From: a virus
Direction: 5' to 3' (one strand)
Virus record (IMG/VR): IMGVR_UViG_3300044736_000098
Location: 2,402 to 66,401 of that record
DNA: 64,000 nt
Position numbers and translations under genes: made by a program. The notes beneath the pieces were generated by a model. The model saw nothing but the letters and a program-made list of their open reading frames with translations. It had not been told where the DNA came from and searched no databases. The number at the start of each line of letters is the position of its first letter. The first letter of the stretch is position 1. This document shows, piece after piece, positions 58,647 to 64,000 of this stretch.

Positions 58647-58984
58647 TCCGCGTCGGCCTAATCTTCCTAACCCTGTGTCTGTGGCTCGGCTTGCTGCTCG
58701 GCTTCGCATTCGCCGCGCCCATGGTGGCATCCTACTACGGCGCGGAGTCCGGCACCCGCACGGCTTCCGGCGCTCGCTTCCACCCGAACGGCCTCACGGC
58801 GGCGCACAAGACGCTGCCTTTCGGTACTCGCTTACGGGTCTGTCTCACGGGATGCGTTGTCGTTGTTGTGACCGATCGCGGCCCCTTCATAGCGGGCAGG
58901 CAGTTGGACCTTTCGGAAGGTGCGGCGCGTCGGGTGGGGCTGGTGGGCCGGGGCGTGGCTGTGGTGCGCGTGGAGCGTCTATGA
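58643..58984 (+). CDS. RlpA-like DPBB lytic transglycosylase
   Basis: Signal peptide; ASYYG, TASG, TAAHKTLPFGT, DRGPF, LDLS. Confidence 0.88.
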   Translation: MIRVGLIFLTLCLWLGLLLGFAFAAPMVASYYGAESGTRTASGARFHPNGLTAAHKTLPFGTRLRVCLTGCVVVVVTDRGPFIAGRQLDLSEGAARRVGLVGRGVAVVRVERL

Positions 58985-59217
58985 CCCTCGATCCCGGCAT
59001 CATTCTCCAGATTGTCGCGTGCGGAACGACGTTGGCTGCAACGTGGATGGTCGGAAACAAACACGTATCGGGTCCGGCGTTGAACATCGCGGCAGCGCTG
59101 TGTTTCGCCGCAGTGAACGCTTACACGGATTTGTGGCTGTGCGCGGTGTTTAGCGCGACCATGGCCATAATGAACGCGCGCAATTTTTTCCGATGGCGCA
59201 GAGAGGAAACGGCGTGA
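58981..59217 (+). CDS. Small membrane protein
   Basis: Three hydrophobic segments. Confidence 0.6.
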   Translation: MTLDPGIILQIVACGTTLAATWMVGNKHVSGPALNIAAALCFAAVNAYTDLWLCAVFSATMAIMNARNFFRWRREETA

Positions 59218-59657
59218 TGGAGTCACCCTCGATTATACCGGACGTGCCGAAGTGCGCACAATGCAACGGACGCGGCACCATATGGCGCGGTAGCCAAGGC
59301 GGGGATTACGAGACTTGCGACTGCCAGTTCGACTACTTCAATAAATTGCGCGCCGCCAATCTCGCTAGGCAGTCCGAATGGGACGCAGGCAATCAAATTG
59401 ATGCGTCGTATCGCGGCAACGAACTGGCCGGCGAAGTCGGCGAGGCGTGCAACGTCATCAAGAAACTGGAACGCGAGCGGATGGGTATTCGCGGCTCGCG
59501 CGATACGGTTGACCATCTGGCGGAAGAACTGGCCGATGTGGTGATTTGCGTTGACCTGATCGCCATGCAGTACGGAATCGACTTGGATGGCGCGGTCGCC
59601 AGGAAGTTCAACGCGACGTCCGAAAAGGTCGGGCTTAAGACTCGGTTGGTGTCGTGA
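59217..59657 (+). CDS. MazG-like nucleotide pyrophosphohydrolase
   Basis: GEVGEACN..KK, EELADV, KFN. Confidence 0.85.
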   Translation: MESPSIIPDVPKCAQCNGRGTIWRGSQGGDYETCDCQFDYFNKLRAANLARQSEWDAGNQIDASYRGNELAGEVGEACNVIKKLERERMGIRGSRDTVDHLAEELADVVICVDLIAMQYGIDLDGAVARKFNATSEKVGLKTRLVS

Positions 59658-59796
59658 CCCCCGCCGCCCTCTACGAATCCCTTTCCTACCTTGGCCCTGT
59701 GTGGAGCGCGCTTGCCGCCGGCTTCGCGGCGGTCGGGCCGTGGGGAGAGTTGTATCTGACTGATGCGGGCGAGCGGTATTTGGCGGGGAGGGGAGA

Positions 59797-60102
59797 GTGA
59801 GCAAGGCAGACCAGGGGCTTGACGTTTCGATTGCGGATGGCGTGTTGACCATTTCTATCGGCGTTAACAGCCTCGGTAACGCTATTGAACTAGGTCCGGA
59901 CTTTGAACGCTATGACGAAGATCGACACGAATTTACATATCCGAAGGTCACCGACCCGGCGATTTTTGCGCGCGAAGTCTGCCGCGAACTGGAAAAAGAA
60001 TCGGAAACTGGCATAACGCGCGTCCATCGGATGCTTGATGCCGCTGCGAAAGAAGCAATCGAACAGGGAGCGGAAGGCGTTGTAATTCCGGGCGATACGT
60101 GA
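59797..60102 (+). CDS. Hypothetical protein
   Basis: GGAG SD; 101 aa. Confidence 0.6.
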   Translation: MSKADQGLDVSIADGVLTISIGVNSLGNAIELGPDFERYDEDRHEFTYPKVTDPAIFAREVCRELEKESETGITRVHRMLDAAAKEAIEQGAEGVVIPGDT

Positions 60103-60419
60103 CCCCCAACCCCCACGCACTCCTAACCCTTGACCAGGCTGCTGCACTTATCCCAGGCGCCGATGCTGGCACCTTGAAGCGTCGCATTCGGCAGGGTAAG
60201 TTGTCCGCGACCCGCCCTGGTAAAGCGTACCTGACGACCGCGGCGGATGTGCGGGAAATGGTCCGTCAATGTCGCGTCGCGCCAAAGGTCCGAGACTGTG
60301 GCTCCGCCCCGCGCGGCCCGACGGAACTCCCGCCGCATGGTTCGTCCTCGACGGAACACGCCAACGCGGCACTGGCCTCGGCGCTGGAGCAAGCGAACGC
60401 GAGAAAGAAACGGCGCTAA
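60099..60419 (+). CDS. Excisionase-like HTH protein
   Basis: LLTL.QAA....TL.R.I..G.L.A...G; overlaps int start. Confidence 0.7.
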   Translation: MTPNPHALLTLDQAAALIPGADAGTLKRRIRQGKLSATRPGKAYLTTAADVREMVRQCRVAPKVRDCGSAPRGPTELPPHGSSSTEHANAALASALEQANARKKRR

Positions 60420-61351
60420 AGAACTATCTGACCACCAAACACACCGCCTCCGTAAACACCGGATCCCGCGACCCCTCTCAAATACTGGTCGTCGACGTCC
60501 TCGCGAAGTACGTTCGCGACAAAGTGACGGACGACGTGACCCCGCTTCGCATTAAGGCGCTGGCGAAATGGTGGACCGGCCGCACCCTCGCTCAAGTCAC
60601 AGGCGACAATTGCCGCGCCTACGCAGCCACGCGCACCCCCGGCGCGGCCAGGCGCGAGCTGGAGGACTTGCGGGCGGCCATCAACCACCACCGCCGCGAG
60701 GGGCTTCACGACAAGATCGTGTCCGTGGTGCTCCCCGCCAAATCGCCCGGCCGGGAGCGGTGGTTGACCCGTGACGAAGCCGCGCACCTGATTCTGACGA
60801 CGTGGCGCTACCGCGAGCAGCAAAACTTCCGAGCCACCAACCGCCACACCCGCAGGCATGTCGCGCGGTTCATGGTCGTGGCCCGATATATGGGCAGCCG
60901 CGCTAGTGTCATCTGCGGTGCCAGCATTGAGCGCAAAAGGCCGGCAGGGCGTCCATGGGTGGATTTGACCAATGGGGTATTTTACGGCCGCGCCGAAGGC
61001 GAGCGCGCCACTAGGAAGCGCAAGCAGCTCGTACGCGTTCCTCTCGCCTTGTTGGCCCACATGCGGCGCTGGCGGGCCGCAGGGCAGCGCTACGTCGTCG
61101 AATGGAACAGCGAGCCGGTGTTGCGCGTCAGCAAGGCCCACGCCGCTGCTGTGGTCTCAGCGGGGTTGGGACCGGACGTGACGCCGCACACGTGGCGGCA
61201 TTCGCTGGCGACATGGCTGATGCAGGATGGCGTCGACCCGTTCAAGGCGGCCGGTTTTATCGGCATGTCGGTCGAGACATTGCTGCGGGTTTACGGGCAC
61301 CACCACCCGGACCATTCGGCGGACGTGCATAAGAGGCGGCGAGCGGCTTAG
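60269..61351 (+). CDS. int: Tyrosine integrase
   Basis: R (GSR), HTWRH, Y (RVYGHH). Confidence 0.93.
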   Translation: MSRRAKGPRLWLRPARPDGTPAAWFVLDGTRQRGTGLGAGASEREKETALKNYLTTKHTASVNTGSRDPSQILVVDVLAKYVRDKVTDDVTPLRIKALAKWWTGRTLAQVTGDNCRAYAATRTPGAARRELEDLRAAINHHRREGLHDKIVSVVLPAKSPGRERWLTRDEAAHLILTTWRYREQQNFRATNRHTRRHVARFMVVARYMGSRASVICGASIERKRPAGRPWVDLTNGVFYGRAEGERATRKRKQLVRVPLALLAHMRRWRAAGQRYVVEWNSEPVLRVSKAHAAAVVSAGLGPDVTPHTWRHSLATWLMQDGVDPFKAAGFIGMSVETLLRVYGHHHPDHSADVHKRRRAA

Positions 61352-61411
61352 GAGACCCGCCGCCAAGCGATTCGCTTCAACGATTCGAGCCGCTACGCCG
61401 GTCGGCGCTAT

Positions 61412-61612
61412 TCACGTAGCGTTTTTGACTAGGAAATCTATATGGTTATTTTCACGATGAGCGTATGCGTAGACCACATGAAAATGCGCGTCGATAAGGT
61501 TTTTGCGTTTCCAATCGTCTTTTTCCAGGTAGCGAATCACGGACATAATGTCGTCGCCGGCAAAGCCTAAATCGGCGTCACGTTGCCACTGCTTTTTGTT
61601 GAATCGAGCCAT
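61412..61612 (-). CDS. Hypothetical protein
   Basis: 66-aa ORF in att-proximal operon. Confidence 0.5.
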   Translation of the reverse strand: MARFNKKQWQRDADLGFAGDDIMSVIRYLEKDDWKRKNLIDAHFHVVYAYAHRENNHIDFLVKNAT

Positions 61613-61615
61613 GAC

Positions 61616-61834
61616 TTAAAACAATGGCTTTCCGGTGCATTCGCAATGGAGACGATACGCTCGCGCCCATGTGCCGACTTGCTGCTTGACGGTATGCGTT
61701 GGCGGCTGCGCGACCATGAAGCCGTGCGTCGCTGTATCGAAAGCGTCGGCCTTTTCGCGCAGTTCCGCAGCGCGGGCGTGACCGCTATCCGCCAAAGCGT
61801 GCATCTGAATCGAAAGGTCCGTGCGGGTAATCAT
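61616..61834 (-). CDS. Hypothetical protein (paralogous fragment at about 28322-28470)
   Basis: LSIQMHALADSGH.RAAELREKA shared by both. Confidence 0.65.
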   Translation of the reverse strand: MITRTDLSIQMHALADSGHARAAELREKADAFDTATHGFMVAQPPTHTVKQQVGTWARAYRLHCECTGKPLF

Positions 61835-62151
61835 GTTCGCGGTGCCTTCAAATATGGACAGTTGTAGAGCGGGCCACCGGGTACGCCCGAACAATCCCAA
61901 CCGCCACATGGACAATTCGGGAAACCGTCTTTGCGTGCCCCTTCCGCAAGCGCGTACCAGTAGTTCGTGCCTTCCGAGGTTCGCGACCAATCAAAGGCGT
62001 CGTACAAGGACCAGCCGGCATCGTGATCGGGCGGAGAATTGCGCCAAGTATCAACGTCACCCGTCGAGTTCTGTTGCTCGCTGGCACATTCCATGATCCG
62101 TTGGATGTGTAACGGGAACGCTGCCGCGAGTTGATCGAATCGGGTGGTCAT
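61831..62151 (-). CDS. Hypothetical protein (paralogue at about 39077-39261)
   Basis: AGW.L.DAFDWS.T.E...YW.ALA.GA shared by both. Confidence 0.6.
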   Translation of the reverse strand: MTTRFDQLAAAFPLHIQRIMECASEQQNSTGDVDTWRNSPPDHDAGWSLYDAFDWSRTSEGTNYWYALAEGARKDGFPNCPCGGWDCSGVPGGPLYNCPYLKAPRT

Positions 62152-62306
62152 AGCCACTCGTCCATGGCGTCGATCAGATCGCCGTTTTCTGAAATGGTGA
62201 TTTTCCAGCCGTATCGACGCCAGTGCCAAGCGCCGTTGTTGTAGGTGACGCCGTGCATGAGGCGAAACGCGCTTTGGGCAGCCGCAACGGCCTGTTCTCG
62301 GCTCAT
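62148..62306 (-). CDS. Small hypothetical protein (52 aa)
   Basis: MSREQAVAAAQ...; ATGA overlaps at both ends. Confidence 0.5.
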   Translation of the reverse strand: MSREQAVAAAQSAFRLMHGVTYNNGAWHWRRYGWKITISENGDLIDAMDEWL

Positions 62307-62492
62307 AGCCAAATCCGGTTATCGCGTTTCGCCGTCAGGCGGGAAATCGTTTCACGAGCACGAGCAACAAGCGTCTTTGCATTCGCATCGCCGCTATCGG
62401 CAATCTCGCGCAGGTTACAGAGCGTCGTGCGCGCTGCGTGCAGGTCGCGTTCGTCCCTGTTTGGTAAGGCGGGATTTTGCTGCTTTGTTCAT
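62303..62492 (-). pseudogene. Frameshifted copy of the 30706-30894 gene
   Basis: One extra base near 62456 relative to copy 1. Confidence 0.65.
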
Positions 62493-62656
62493 GCCCGCAA
62501 ACTTACGCCAAATTTGCAAACAGTCAACGCATAATTGAACCGCTCACAGAACTGTGTTCGCCAATGTTATTCCAATCATTGGCGAGAACATTTACGGATT
62601 CCAAGCCACTCCAACGCACCGGAAATGCCCGTAAATGCTGCTTTTCCCTGCGCGGC

Positions 62657-62708
62657 CACTGCGTTCGGGACGCAGGGGTCGCAGGTTCAAATCCTGCCAC
62701 TCCGACCA
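62657..62708 (+). other. att site (attR): 3' part of tRNA-Pro(CGG)
   Basis: CACTGCGTTCGGGACGCAGGGGTCGCAGGTTCAAATCCTGCCACTCCGACCA; no D arm or 5' acceptor strand upstream. Confidence 0.9.
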
Positions 62709-62865
62709 AATAATCATTAGGCTTTTTGCCTTCTTTCCCGAACATCTTCAAGGACAACCACCGATTCAACCACCGAAACGCGGTGCTTGGATGTAATGGC
62801 ATTTGCCGCGCCGTGCAAAAGTCGGGAGATGGTGGCCGTAAGTACCCAGCAGGACCTCGGCTGAC

Positions 62866-63066
62866 ATGCACGATCATCTGGGGCGTCTGCCTGCGCTGGA
62901 CCGCAGCTGACCGGCGGCGAGAACGGCATGCGCGGCGACGTCCGCCCGGCGGTGCTGCTTAGTCGCAGCGCGTTCTATTGGGCAGTTCTGGCCGGGGCGG
63001 CCGTCGGCTCCTTTGCGATTTGGCGGTTCGTGTGCTCGCCGTTCGGGATGACCCTGCGCGGCATCC
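62866..63066 (+). pseudogene. Host remnant of branched-chain amino acid ABC permease (LivM-like)
   Basis: W..LTGGENG and SPFG..LRGI across a frameshift. Confidence 0.65.
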
Positions 63067-63172
63067 AGCTTGACACGCTTCGTCGAGGAGCAGAAAATTC
63101 GAGAATGATGTCCACGGTGCGGACATAGCTGGCTGCGATCTAGCTCCAGCGGTCCGTGCAGGAAGAACGACG

Positions 63173-64000
63173 ATGGCAATCGGAAGCCGCTTCGATGATA
63201 TCGCTAAGCTCGTTGATACCGAGCAGGGATTCATCACCCGCGAAATCTTCGTGGATCCGGATCTCTATAAGGAGGAACTCGACAAGGTCTTTACGCGGGC
63301 CTGGCTGTTCATTGGTCATGAAAGCCTTATTCCAAATCCCGGCGATTTCTACACGAGTCGAATGGGCGAAGAGTCGGTCATCTTGTGCCGCGACAAGAAG
63401 CGGGTGGTGCACGCGTTCCTAAACTCGTGCCGGCATCGCGGCATGAAGGTATGCCGCTACGAGCAAGGCAACACCTCCATCTTCACCTGTCCCTACCATA
63501 GCTGGACCTATACGACCGACGGCAAGCTGCAGGGCGTGCCGCAATATCGCTCCCTCTATGACCCCAATCTCGATCGCGACGCCAACTCGCTCGTGTCGGT
63601 GGCCAAGCTCGCGATCTACAAGGGCACGGTGTGGGCGACCTGGGACAAGAACGCGCCGGAGTTCCTCGCCTATCTCGGCGACGCCAAAATCCATCTCGAT
63701 CAAGCCCTCGACTGCCGCGACGGACGCGAGGGGGGCTCCGAGGTGATCGGCGTCCACAAATGGGTGTTTCCCTCTAATTGGAAATTCGCGGCGGAGAATT
63801 TCTTGGGGGATACCTATCACAATCCGAGCCATCGCTCGGTCGACCTGATCGGCATCGGACCAAGCGCTGCTTCCGGCAAGAAGGGCCGACGCGACGACGA
63901 ACTGGAGAAGGCGCAGCACGTCTGGATCAGCTTTCCGGAAGGACATGGCGTACACAGCGCGATCCAGCCGGAGAACAACGAGTACATTGAGTCCTTCCTC
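63173..64000 (+). CDS. Host aromatic ring-hydroxylating dioxygenase alpha subunit (partial)
   Basis: Rieske CRHRG...CPYHSW; NWKFAAENF.GD.YH; runs off window end. Confidence 0.93.
   Translation, partial: MAIGSRFDDIAKLVDTEQGFITREIFVDPDLYKEELDKVFTRAWLFIGHESLIPNPGDFYTSRMGEESVILCRDKKRVVHAFLNSCRHRGMKVCRYEQGNTSIFTCPYHSWTYTTDGKLQGVPQYRSLYDPNLDRDANSLVSVAKLAIYKGTVWATWDKNAPEFLAYLGDAKIHLDQALDCRDGREGGSEVIGVHKWVFPSNWKFAAENFLGDTYHNPSHRSVDLIGIGPSAASGKKGRRDDELEKAQHVWISFPEGHGVHSAIQPENNEYIESFL

Larger units (their letters stand above)
3344..62527. promoter_or_regulatory. Dispersed repeated phage promoter (about 18 copies)
   Basis: TTGACT-N16-TA(A/G)GTT with conserved spacer. Minus -35 at 3366, 16071, 19400, 29266, 30923, 33622, 34317, 35360, 38143, 40386, 41547, 42609, 48793, 62522; plus at 49382, 49450, 53567, 57978. 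Confidence 0.85.
1..62708. mobile_element. Prophage (siphovirus-like, tyrosine integrase) integrated at tRNA-Pro; left end outside window
   Basis: Lysis, tail, head, terminase, replication and int/xis modules; ends at a tRNA-Pro 3' fragment followed by host metabolic genes. Confidence 0.96.

Noticed and set aside
62537-62552. Alphaproteobacterial LexA box
   Set aside because: GAAC-N8-GAAC spacing does not match the N7 consensus
62657-62708. Complete tRNA-Pro gene
   Set aside because: D arm and 5' acceptor strand are missing; it is the att duplication

Overview
Positions 1 to 62708 are the larger part of a siphovirus-like prophage. It is integrated at the 3' end of a tRNA-Pro(CGG): the att core (62657-62708) is a tRNA 3' half, and the intact tRNA/attL should lie left of the window. 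The host is probably an alphaproteobacterium, inferred from a CtrA-like domain and gene content. Minus strand, 1-27.3 kb: metallophosphoesterase, lysis cassette, tail, head and terminase genes, plus a phage tRNA-fMet. Minus strand, 27-49 kb: early accessory and replication genes (SF2 helicase, two GIY-YIG-like genes, primase/VapE, three methyltransferases, Fic, Ntn hydrolase, exoribonuclease, pentapeptide protein). Plus strand, 49.5-61.4 kb: Cas4-like exonuclease, RtcB, SSB, family A DNA polymerase, VRR-NUC, CtrA-like wHTH, RlpA-like, MazG-like, Xis and Int. Host DNA follows, with a LivM-like remnant and a Rieske dioxygenase alpha subunit. The most notable observations are: (1) a circularly permuted tRNA mimic starting at a predicted phage transcription start (T arm, UUCG-capped acceptor stem, D arm, no anticodon loop), in a phage that also encodes RtcB and tRNA-fMet but shows no Ro60 in this window; (2) about 18 copies of one promoter with a conserved spacer, about half driving leaderless mRNAs; (3) a stand-alone ADP-ribosyltransferase between portal and MuF; (4) a GIY-YIG-like gene inserted with a duplicated, recoded helicase 5' end; (5) a stand-alone integrase arm-binding domain where a repressor is expected. 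Several frameshifts look like +1 homopolymer sequencing errors. All family assignments come from motif recognition by eye, not from database searches.
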